Part shown: in pieces, positions 18,629 through 26,232 of the stretch
Position numbering within the stretch: the stretch's first letter is position 1
Layout: each line of letters starts with the position of its first letter
Assembly (NCBI GenBank): GCA_035519535.1
Contig: DATIWF010000116.1
Coordinates: 2,953 to 66,952 of the forward strand
DNA: 64,000 bases
Source: Vicinamibacterales bacterium
GTDB taxonomy: Bacteria > Acidobacteriota > Vicinamibacteria > Vicinamibacterales > SCN-69-37
Direction of reading: 5' to 3'
Notes under the pieces: model-generated
What the model saw: the letters and a program-made list of their open reading frames with translations, nothing else
The model's database searches: none
Told to the model about the DNA's origin: nothing
Translations under genes and position numbers: made by a program

Positions 18629-18902
18629 CGAGGGTCCTCGATGCGGTGACGCGCCGGCCGTTTGGGAAAGGGCCCCGCTTTGCCGTGTGGGGAGGTCGTT
18701 TGAACCTGCATATGCAGGTGGAGCCGCTCAGAGCCGCGCTTCAGGCTTCCTCACCACGGAGGCGTGCACACCACGCGGCGTCGCCGCTCACTCGTTGGTA
18801 AAACGTTGGCTCAAGCGACGCTCCGAACCATCACGAACAAAGCAGGGAGCTCAATAACGCTGACTGGATCTTAGCAGACAAAGGGGAGAGGAGAGAGGCA
18901 AA

Positions 18903-18926
18903 GGGCAGAAATGCACACTTCTGCCC
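18903..18926 (-). terminator. Intrinsic terminator after zapA
   Basis: GGGCAGAA-8 nt-TTCTGCCC begins 17 nt after the zapA stop and is followed by TTTT on the minus strand. Confidence 0.6.
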
Positions 18927-18942
18927 TCGGCCTTGACAGGGT

Positions 18943-19257
18943 CTACTGATTGACCGCTCTGACCCGCGCGTCGGTGAGCACGGCGTCCAGGAGCTGCTCG
19001 ATCGCGGCGGCGCGGGACGTCCACTCGCCCTCCGAGGCCGACGTGCTGGCGCGCGCGTGGAAGAGCTCGTCCACGATGTTGAGCGCCGCGATGACGGCGA
19101 CGCGCAGCGCGTCGGTGCTGGCCAGCTCGCGCGCGGCCATCTGCATCTTCTCGTCGAGATACGTCGCCAGCTCGGCGATGTACTGAGGGTCGAGCTCGCT
19201 CCGGACGGCGTAGCGCTGGCCGTGGATGTCGACGTGCACGACGCGGCTCTTTGTCAT
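18943..19257 (-). CDS. zapA: Cell division protein ZapA
   Basis: 104 aa. VDIHGQRYAVRSELDPQYIAELATYLDEKM...ALRVAVIAALNIVDEL matches the ZapA fold pattern. Confidence 0.85.
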   Translation of the reverse strand: MTKSRVVHVDIHGQRYAVRSELDPQYIAELATYLDEKMQMAARELASTDALRVAVIAALNIVDELFHARASTSASEGEWTSRAAAIEQLLDAVLTDARVRAVNQ

Positions 19258-19274
19258 CGCGTGGGCCGGTTCGA

Positions 19275-19550
19275 TCAGAGATTGAGCTTGTCGATCTGCG
19301 CGATCATCTGGACGACGCGGTTGCGGATGAGCTCGCGCTCCTCGCGCAGCGTGACGACTTCGGCGGAGGCGCCCGACGCTTCCGTCAGCCGCGCGCGCGC
19401 CGCGTCGACCTCGCGTTCGAGGCGCGCGACTTCGTCGAGCGCCTTCGCGCGATCGTTGCGCAGGCTGTCGACGAGGCTGATGAGGTGCCGGACTTTCTCT
19501 TCGAGACGATCGATGGGCTGCAGATCTACGGCAGTGGCGGCGCGAACCAT
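19275..19550 (-). CDS. Small coiled-coil protein (ZapB-like) upstream of zapA
   Basis: ATG at 19550 lies 4 nt after the pheT stop. The 91-aa heptad-rich sequence reads IDRLEEKVRHLISLVDSLRNDRAKALDEVARLEREVD. The name is assigned from position and composition only. Confidence 0.55.
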   Translation of the reverse strand: MVRAATAVDLQPIDRLEEKVRHLISLVDSLRNDRAKALDEVARLEREVDAARARLTEASGASAEVVTLREERELIRNRVVQMIAQIDKLNL

Positions 19551-19554
19551 TCGG

Positions 19555-21570
19555 CTACTCCGTCCGTTGATCTGACCCGCCGCGCAACACCGCGCCGTGC
19601 TCGCGCACGAGCGCCGCGACGATCGCGTCAACGGCTTGCTGGACTTCCATGTCCGTCAACGTCCGGTCGCCCGCCCGGAACGTCAGACGCAGCGAGAGGC
19701 TGATCTGCCCGCTCGGCACGCCCTGGCCCTGGTAGCGATCGAACTCGCGCACGGCGACGAGTGTCGCCGGCGCGTTGCGACGGATCGTGCCACGAACGTC
19801 CGCGGCTGGCAAGCGGTCCGAGACGACAATCGACAGATCTCTCACGATCGACGGGAAGCGCGGGAGCGGCGTGATGGCCCGCAAGGCCGGCGCGCCGGGT
19901 CCCAGGGCGTCCAGATCGAGCTCGCCGGCGAAGACCTCGTCGGCCGGACCGAGTCCGCGCGTCGCCGAGAGCTGTCCGATCCACCCGACCGTGGCGCCGT
20001 CGAGCTGCAGATGCGCGCTGCGTCCCTCGCGACACCACGTCAGGCCGGCGCCGCCCGACACCTCGATCTCCCGTCCGTACGCCGCCGCCAGGAGCGACGC
20101 CACGCCCTTCGCGTCCGTGAAGCCCATCGGCCCGCCGTTGCCGCTCCAGTGCGTGCCGCGCGACCCGGTCAGCACCCAGCCGACGCACTGGCGCTCGCCC
20201 TTGGCCGAAAACACGGTGCCGATCTCGAACAGCCGCACATCGGCGGACTCGCGCCGCCGGCTGTGCGCCAGCGAGTCGACCAGGCCCGGCACGAGCGACG
20301 GCCGGAGCGTCGCGAACTTCTCGGACAGCGGGTTGGTGAGCGTCAGCCGGTCGCCCTCGCCCGCAAACGCTGCCGCCCACGCGTCTTCGATGAACGTGAA
20401 GGTGACGGCCTCCTGGAGGCCGGCGCCGCACAGGAGCCGCCGCAGAGCCCGACCTCGCACGACGCCCGGGAATGGCGGCCGGGGTGGCGTGCGCAGGGCC
20501 GGGAAGGACGCCGGTATTCGGTCGAAGCCCCAATGTCGGCCGACCTCCTCGATCAGGTCGGCCTCGCGAGCGACGTCCACGCGGAAGGCCGGCACGGCGA
20601 CCGACCAGCCCTGGCCGGCCGCCGTGGGTGCGAAGCCCAACCGGGTCAGAATCCGTTCGACGTCGGCGTCGGGCACCGTGTCGCCCAGCAGGCGCCTGAG
20701 ATGTCCGCGATCGAGGGCGAGATTGCGCGGTGTGGCCTGGTGCGGATAGATATCGCTCACCGGCCCGACGAACTTGCCCGCGCCCGTCTTCTCGAGGAGC
20801 AGCCGGAACCGCGCGAGCGCGCGCACGGGGGCGGTGAGGTCGGCGCCGCGTTCGAAGCGCGCGGACGCCTCCGTCTTGAGCCCCAGCTTCTTGCTGGTCG
20901 TCCGGACCGACACCGGCTGAAACCAGGCGCTTTCGATGGCGATCTTCGTCGTGCCGGACGAGACCTCCGAATCGGCGCCGCCCATGAGCCCCGCGATGGC
21001 GACCGGTCTGTCGCGATCCGCAATCACGAGCATCGTCTCGTCGAGAGCGCGGTTCTGGCCGTCGAGGGTCGTCAGACGCTCGCCGCCCCGCGCGCGCCGG
21101 ACGCGAATTTCCGGGCCGGCCAGCTTCACGACGTCGAACGCGTGCATGGGATGGCCCAGCTCGAGCATCACGTAGTTGGTGACGTCGACGACGTTGTTGA
21201 TCGGGCGGACGCCGGCGGCGGTGAGCCGCGCGGCGAGCCAGTCGGGCGAGGGGCCGACCATGACGTCTGCGACCGCGAGCGCGTAGCGCCCGCAGCCCGG
21301 GTCGCCGACGGAGACCTTGACCGACGCGGCGCCGCTCGTCGTCGCCGCCAGTTCGGGCGCCCGGAGGTCGACGCCGAATGCGGCGGCGGCCTCGCGCGCC
21401 AGACCGTACACGCTCAGGCAATCCGGCCGGTTGGCGGTGATCTCGAAGTCGACCACCTCGCCCTCGATGCCCTCGACGTTGAAGCCGCACGCGCCGAGAC
21501 GCGAGGCGACCGCCTTCGCGTCCGCCGGCACGTCGGCGAATTCGCGGAGCCAGGAGACCGGCACCCTCAT
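19555..21570 (-). CDS. pheT: Phenylalanine--tRNA ligase beta subunit (short form)
   Basis: ATG at 21570 overlaps the pheS stop (ATGA). The N-terminus MRVPVSWLREF and the B3/4, B5 and FDX-ACB-like C-terminal regions are present. Length is 671 aa. Confidence 0.92.
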   Translation of the reverse strand: MRVPVSWLREFADVPADAKAVASRLGACGFNVEGIEGEVVDFEITANRPDCLSVYGLAREAAAAFGVDLRAPELAATTSGAASVKVSVGDPGCGRYALAVADVMVGPSPDWLAARLTAAGVRPINNVVDVTNYVMLELGHPMHAFDVVKLAGPEIRVRRARGGERLTTLDGQNRALDETMLVIADRDRPVAIAGLMGGADSEVSSGTTKIAIESAWFQPVSVRTTSKKLGLKTEASARFERGADLTAPVRALARFRLLLEKTGAGKFVGPVSDIYPHQATPRNLALDRGHLRRLLGDTVPDADVERILTRLGFAPTAAGQGWSVAVPAFRVDVAREADLIEEVGRHWGFDRIPASFPALRTPPRPPFPGVVRGRALRRLLCGAGLQEAVTFTFIEDAWAAAFAGEGDRLTLTNPLSEKFATLRPSLVPGLVDSLAHSRRRESADVRLFEIGTVFSAKGERQCVGWVLTGSRGTHWSGNGGPMGFTDAKGVASLLAAAYGREIEVSGGAGLTWCREGRSAHLQLDGATVGWIGQLSATRGLGPADEVFAGELDLDALGPGAPALRAITPLPRFPSIVRDLSIVVSDRLPAADVRGTIRRNAPATLVAVREFDRYQGQGVPSGQISLSLRLTFRAGDRTLTDMEVQQAVDAIVAALVREHGAVLRGGSDQRTE

Positions 21571-22625
21571 GGCGCGAGCTGCTCGAGGAAGCGCAGGTCG
21601 TTCTCGAAGAACATCCGGATGTCGTCGACGCGATAGAGCAGGATGGCCAGCCGCTCGATGCCCATCCCGAAGGCGAATCCCGTGTACTTGTCCGCGTTGT
21701 ACCCGACGGCCTCGAAGAGCGCCGGGTGGACCATGCCGCAGCCGAGGATCTCGAGCCAGCCGGTCTGCTTGCAGAGGCCGCAGCCCCGCCCGTGACAGCC
21801 CTGGCACTCGACGTCGAGCTCGGCCGACGGCTCCGTGTACGGGAAGAAGCTCGGGCGGAACCGCGTCTTGATTCCGGCACCGAAGAAGGCCTCGGCGAAT
21901 GCCGTGAGGGTGCCCTTCAGATCGGCCAGGCTGATGCCCTCGTCGACGAACAGGCCCTCGACCTGCGTGAACATCGGCGTGTGCGTCGCGTCGAAGTTGT
22001 CGCGGCGGTAGACGCGGCCGGGCGCGATGATCCGCACCGGAGGCGGGTGCGTCTCCATGTAGCGGATCTGCATGCCCGACGTGTGCGTGCGCAGGAGCGT
22101 GCCCGCGCGGCCGGCGGGCGCCGAAGCCGCCACTGGATGCTCGAGGTACAGCGTGTCCTGCATGTCGCGCGCCGGGTGCTCGGGCGGCATGTTGAGCGCC
22201 TCGAAGTTGTGCCAGTCGTCCTCGATTTCGGGCCCTTCGATGATCTGACAGCCCATCGCCGCGAAGATGTCCTCGACGCGCTCCCTGACGTGCGTCAGCG
22301 GGTGGCGCCGGCCGACGGGCGGAATCCGGCCGGGCAGCGTGATGTCCACGCTGCCGGCGACGGGCGCCTGCGCGAGCAGCTCCAGCTCCCGGAGCTCGAG
22401 CGTCTGATCGATCTCGTGCTTGAGCGCGTTGGCGGCGGCGCCGAACGCCGGGCGGGCCGCCGGCGGCTGAAACGAAATCTGCTTGAGCGCGAAGTTCAGC
22501 TCGCCCTTCGTCCGGCCGAGGAAGCGATCGCGCACGGCTTTGAGGTCGGCCGGCGTCGCGACGACGGCCATGGCCTCGTGGAACCGCGCGCGGATCTTGT
22601 CAATCTCGGGATGCGAGTCGGTCAT
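21567..22625 (-). CDS. pheS: Phenylalanine--tRNA ligase alpha subunit
   Basis: 352 aa with class II motifs (HPARDMQDT, FRPSFFPYTEPSAE, GFAFGMGIERLAIL). Confidence 0.95.
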   Translation of the reverse strand: MTDSHPEIDKIRARFHEAMAVVATPADLKAVRDRFLGRTKGELNFALKQISFQPPAARPAFGAAANALKHEIDQTLELRELELLAQAPVAGSVDITLPGRIPPVGRRHPLTHVRERVEDIFAAMGCQIIEGPEIEDDWHNFEALNMPPEHPARDMQDTLYLEHPVAASAPAGRAGTLLRTHTSGMQIRYMETHPPPVRIIAPGRVYRRDNFDATHTPMFTQVEGLFVDEGISLADLKGTLTAFAEAFFGAGIKTRFRPSFFPYTEPSAELDVECQGCHGRGCGLCKQTGWLEILGCGMVHPALFEAVGYNADKYTGFAFGMGIERLAILLYRVDDIRMFFENDLRFLEQLAP

Positions 22626-22858
22626 GACGGGCTCACGTCAGGCACGAAGCATAGCGTGTCAGGCGCGAGATGCCAACGCGGGACGCGAATGCCAACACCG
22701 GGTCACCACGAAGCTCACGAAGCGTGGCCGCGCCGAGCCTCAGCACGGCATAGCGCAAGGTTTGTCGCGCGCCGTCGATCGCGCTTGGCTTCGCCGGGCC
22801 GTCAGATCGACGGCGCCGCGGCCGGCCTTCGTGTCCTTCGTGGTGGACCCTCGACGCG
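22626..22858 (-). promoter_or_regulatory. Long repeat-rich, probably structured rplT-pheS intergenic leader
   Basis: 233 nt. A 12-bp perfect stem pairs 22769-22780 with 22805-22816. Complementary repeat sets are CACGAAGG x2 (mRNA sense, from 22826-22842) and GCUUCGUG x3 (from 22643, 22707, 22716). Confidence 0.35.
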
Positions 22859-23227
22859 CTACGCCGGGCGGGCCGGCTGCGCCTTCTGCGCTTGCGCGGC
22901 GAGGGACGCAAACGCCGACGGATGGTTCACCGCGAGCTCGGCCAGGCTCTTGCGATCAAGACCGACGCCCGCGGCCTTCAGGCCGCTGATGAGCTGTCCG
23001 TAGCTCAGGCCGTGCTGGCGCGCCGCGGCGTTGATGCGCACGACCCACAGCCGGCGGAAGTCGCGCTTCTTGCGGCGCCGGCCGGTGTACGCGTAGGCCA
23101 GCGCCTTGTCGACCGATTCCTGCGCGGCCTGGTACAGCTTGCTCTTGGTGGCGTAAAACCCTTTCGCGCGCTTCAGCAGCTTCTTGCGCTTGGCGCGGCG
23201 ATGCGGGCCTCTCTTGACCCTCGGCAT
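22859..23227 (-). CDS. rplT: 50S ribosomal protein L20
   Basis: [32 protein letters not shown]... is the canonical L20 N-terminus. SD GAGGG lies upstream. Confidence 0.95.
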   Translation of the reverse strand: MPRVKRGPHRRAKRKKLLKRAKGFYATKSKLYQAAQESVDKALAYAYTGRRRKKRDFRRLWVVRINAAARQHGLSYGQLISGLKAAGVGLDRKSLAELAVNHPSAFASLAAQAQKAQPARPA

Positions 23228-23292
23228 ATACCCTCACGGGAAGTTTGAAGTTAGCAGCCAGAAGTTAGAAGTTCCTTCGAGCGTGGACCCTG

Positions 23293-23490
23293 TCAATCGT
23301 ACGGGAGCATCCGCCTCAGCCGCGCGGCGTCGGCGGCGGCGACGACTTCGGTGCCGCGCATGTGGCGCTTGCGCTGCTTCGGCTTGCTGGTGAGGATGTG
23401 GCGCCGGAAGGCCTTGGGGCGCATGAATTTGCCCGTCCCGGTCTTCTTGAAACGCTTGGCCGCGCCGCGGTGGCTCTTGATCTTTGGCAT
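23293..23490 (-). CDS. rpmI: 50S ribosomal protein L35
   Basis: [22 protein letters not shown]...; 65 aa. Confidence 0.95.
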   Translation of the reverse strand: MPKIKSHRGAAKRFKKTGTGKFMRPKAFRRHILTSKPKQRKRHMRGTEVVAAADAARLRRMLPYD

Positions 23491-23526
23491 CGTCGTCCTC
23501 GGTCCCTCGTCCTCAGTCCGTGTTCG

Positions 23527-24078
23527 TCAGTTTCGTCGCGCGCCGCCCGGTCGCGGCGCGAGAATCGTGTGCAGCTGGTTGCCTTCCTTTTGCGGCGCGG
23601 TCTCCGTGACCGCGACCTCGCTCAGGTCCGTGATCAGCCGGTCCAGGATCCGGTGGCCGATTTCCGGGTGCGCGTTCTCGCGCCCGCGGAAGAAGATCGT
23701 CGCCTTGACCTTGTCGCCCTCCGAGAGGAAGCGCTCGATGTGCTTCTTCTTGAACTGGTAGTCGTGCTCGTCGACCTTCGGCCGGAACTTGATCTCCTTG
23801 ACCTCGATCACCTTCTGGTGTTTCTTCGCCGCGCGCGCCCGCTTCTGCTGCTCGTATTGGTACTTGCCGAAATCCATGATTCGGCACACCGGCGGTATGG
23901 CGGTCGGTGAGATCTCGACCAGGTCGAGTCCCTTGCTTCTCGCCAGCGCGAGTGCCTGCGGTGGCGGCATGATGCCCAGCTGCTGGCCGGTGTCGTCGAT
24001 GACGCGGATTTCGCGCACCCTGATACGTTCGTTCGTCCGAACGCGGTCGTCACGGCGTGGCCCTCGATCGAAAGCGAT
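23527..24078 (-). CDS. infC: Translation initiation factor IF-3, apparently starting at a non-canonical AUC codon
   Basis: The conserved N-terminal [15 protein letters not shown] lies upstream of the first GTG/ATG. The frame is closed by TAG at 24082-24084, and the only sensible start is ATC at 24078, with GGAGG 6 nt upstream. Confidence 0.88.
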   Translation of the reverse strand: MAFDRGPRRDDRVRTNERIRVREIRVIDDTGQQLGIMPPPQALALARSKGLDLVEISPTAIPPVCRIMDFGKYQYEQQKRARAAKKHQKVIEVKEIKFRPKVDEHDYQFKKKHIERFLSEGDKVKATIFFRGRENAHPEIGHRILDRLITDLSEVAVTETAPQKEGNQLHTILAPRPGGARRN

Positions 24079-24093
24079 AACCTACCTCCCCGG

Positions 24094-26040
24094 CTAGTCG
24101 GCGGGGCCTCCCGAGCGCGCGGCGATCGCGCGCCTCGCCGACGTGACAAAGTCATCCACCGGCCGCGCGCCCAGATCGCCGCCCGACCGGCTCCGGACCG
24201 CGACCGTGCCCTCGGCCGCCTCCCGGTCGCCCACTACCAGCATATACGGCACTTTCTTCAGCTGGGCCTCCCGGATCTTAAACCCGATCTTCTCCTGCCG
24301 GTCGTCGAGCTCCACCCGCAGCCCGGCGGACGCGAGCCGCGCCCGGACCGAGTCGGCGTACTCGATGTGCCGGTCGGCGATCGGCAGGAGCACCGCCTGG
24401 ACCGGCGCCAGCCAGAGCGGGAACGCCCCGGCGTAGTGCTCGATCAGGAGCGCGATGAATCGCTCGAAGCTGCCGAAGATCGCGCGATGGATGACGACCG
24501 GCCGATGTTCGGCGTTGTCCGCGCCGGTGTATTTCAGCTCGAACTGCTGCGGCAGCTGGTAGTCGAGCTGGATCGTCGCGCACTGCCACTTGCGGCCGAG
24601 CGCGTCGGTCACCGAAAAGTCGATCTTCGGCCCGTAGAACGCGCCGTCGCCCTCGTCGATCGTGTAGGCCTGGCCCGCGGCGGCGAGCGCCTTCTTCAGC
24701 TCGCTCTCGGCGTGGTCCCAGGTCGCCTTCTCGCCGAGATACTCGGCGGGCCGCGTCGCGAGCGTCATCTCGGGCGTGAGGCCGAAGTCGTCGTACACGC
24801 GGCGCACGAGACGGAGCAGCCGCTCGACTTCCTCGCCAATCTGATCCTCGCGCAGGAAGATGTGGGCGTCGTCCATGATGAACTCGCGCACGCGCGTCAG
24901 GCCGCTCAGCACGCCCGACGCCTCCATCCGGTGGAGCACGCTCTGCTCGTGGATGCGCATCGGCAGATCACGGTAACTGCGCACTTCGCTGCCGAACAGG
25001 AGCATGTGTCCGGGGCAGTTCATCGGCTTCAGGCCGGACCGGTTCTCCTCGGAATCCGATTCGATGAGGAACATGTTCTGGCGGTAGTGCGCCCAGTGTC
25101 CCGACGTCTGCCACAGCGCCTTGTTGAACACCAGAGGCGCGCGCACTTCGACGTACCCCGCCGGGAACAACACCTCACGCATGTAGTTGCCGAGCAGGTG
25201 GACCAGCGTCGTCCCCTTCGGGAGCCAGAACGGCTCGCCGGGGGCCCAGTGGTGGAACCAGAACAGCCCGAGCTCGCGGCCGAGTTTCCGGTGGTCGCGC
25301 TTCTTGGCTTCCTCGACCTGCGTCAGGTGCGCCTTGAGGTCGTCTTCCTTGAAGAACGCGGTGCCGTAGATGCGCTGCATCGGCTGATTGCGCGCATCGC
25401 CCTTCCAGTACGCATTCGACACCGAGAGCAGCTTGAATGCCTTCAGGCTCTTGGTCGACGGCACGTGCGGGCCGACGCAGAAATCGACGAAGGTGTCGCG
25501 ATCCTTGATCGTGTAGCACGACACCTCAGTCTGGCCCTCGGTCTTCTCCTGAATGAGCTGGACCTTGAGCGGCTCGCCGCGCTTGGTGAAGAACTCGATG
25601 GCTTCCTGCTTCGGCCACAGCTGCCGTTCGTACGGCAGGTCCTGCGACGCGAGGTCGCGCATCTTCGCTTCGATCTTCTCGAGGTCCTCGGGCACGAACG
25701 GCCGCGGCACGACGAAGTCGTAGAAGAAACCCTCGTCGGTCGCCGGTCCGATGCCGCACTGCGCACCCGGGAACAAGTTGGTGACGGCCGCCGCCAGCAG
25801 ATGCGCCGTCGAATGACGGTAAAGATGCAGCGCGGCCGGGCCATCGGGCGTGAGGATCTTCAGTGACGCATCCCGGTCGAGCGGATAGGTCAGGTCGACG
25901 AACTGCCCGTTCACTTCCGCGGCGAGCGCTTTCTTCATCACGCTCTGCGGCAGCGCCGTCGAGGCGAACTCCCGCACCGGCGTGCCGCGCGGCACGCTCT
26001 TCTGGGACCCATCGGGGAGAGTCACTGTAATGGAGGACAT
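24094..26040 (-). CDS. thrS: Threonine--tRNA ligase
   Basis: 648 aa with TGS domain start MSSITVTLPDGS, editing-domain HSTAHLLA, class II core and anticodon-binding domain. Confidence 0.97.
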   Translation of the reverse strand: MSSITVTLPDGSQKSVPRGTPVREFASTALPQSVMKKALAAEVNGQFVDLTYPLDRDASLKILTPDGPAALHLYRHSTAHLLAAAVTNLFPGAQCGIGPATDEGFFYDFVVPRPFVPEDLEKIEAKMRDLASQDLPYERQLWPKQEAIEFFTKRGEPLKVQLIQEKTEGQTEVSCYTIKDRDTFVDFCVGPHVPSTKSLKAFKLLSVSNAYWKGDARNQPMQRIYGTAFFKEDDLKAHLTQVEEAKKRDHRKLGRELGLFWFHHWAPGEPFWLPKGTTLVHLLGNYMREVLFPAGYVEVRAPLVFNKALWQTSGHWAHYRQNMFLIESDSEENRSGLKPMNCPGHMLLFGSEVRSYRDLPMRIHEQSVLHRMEASGVLSGLTRVREFIMDDAHIFLREDQIGEEVERLLRLVRRVYDDFGLTPEMTLATRPAEYLGEKATWDHAESELKKALAAAGQAYTIDEGDGAFYGPKIDFSVTDALGRKWQCATIQLDYQLPQQFELKYTGADNAEHRPVVIHRAIFGSFERFIALLIEHYAGAFPLWLAPVQAVLLPIADRHIEYADSVRARLASAGLRVELDDRQEKIGFKIREAQLKKVPYMLVVGDREAAEGTVAVRSRSGGDLGARPVDDFVTSARRAIAARSGGPAD

Positions 26041-26056
26041 CTGACAAGTCAGAGGT

Positions 26057-26133
26057 TGGTAGGCACGGGCGGACTCGAACCGCCGACCTCCTGCATGTCA
26101 AGCAGGCGCTCTAACCAGCTGAGCTACATGCCT
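26057..26133 (-). tRNA. tRNA-Val (anticodon GAC), CCA encoded
   Basis: Hand-folded cloverleaf: acceptor AGGCATG/CGTGCCT, D-arm GCTC-AGCTGGTTA-GAGC, anticodon arm CCTGC-TTGACAT-GCAGG, T-arm GGCGG-TTCGAGT-CCGCC, then discriminator A plus CCA. Confidence 0.93.
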
Positions 26134-26232
26134 AGGATTCCGTCTGCCGGCCCGCCGCGCGAATGCCGAACGCCCAGTATAGCGGAGTCTCGGGCCCGCA
26201 CGCACCTCGCACCCGGCACGCCGCCTCGCGCA

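Noticed and set aside
18690-18735. TPP riboswitch upstream of thiL (UUUGAACCUG and CUGAG-like strings)
   Set aside because: The resemblance comes from the palindrome ACCTGCATATGCAGGT, which reads the same on both strands. The pyrophosphate-sensor helix (GCGUAGGGAA-like) and the P1-P3 architecture are absent. This should still be confirmed with cmscan.
18629-18902. 6S RNA (ssrS) downstream of zapA, by analogy with E. coli synteny
   Set aside because: I could not find the long imperfect closing helix and central bubble, and the two halves of the region are not complementary. I kept it only as an unexplained non-coding stretch in the findings.
22700-22730. Calling the rplT-pheS leader a bona fide T-box
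   Set aside because: There is only a loose match to the T-box core (GUGGUGACCCGG against GGUGGUACCGCG). I could identify no Stem I, K-turn or AG-bulge elements. GC-rich DNA produces such strings by chance. It is reported as a structured-leader hypothesis only.
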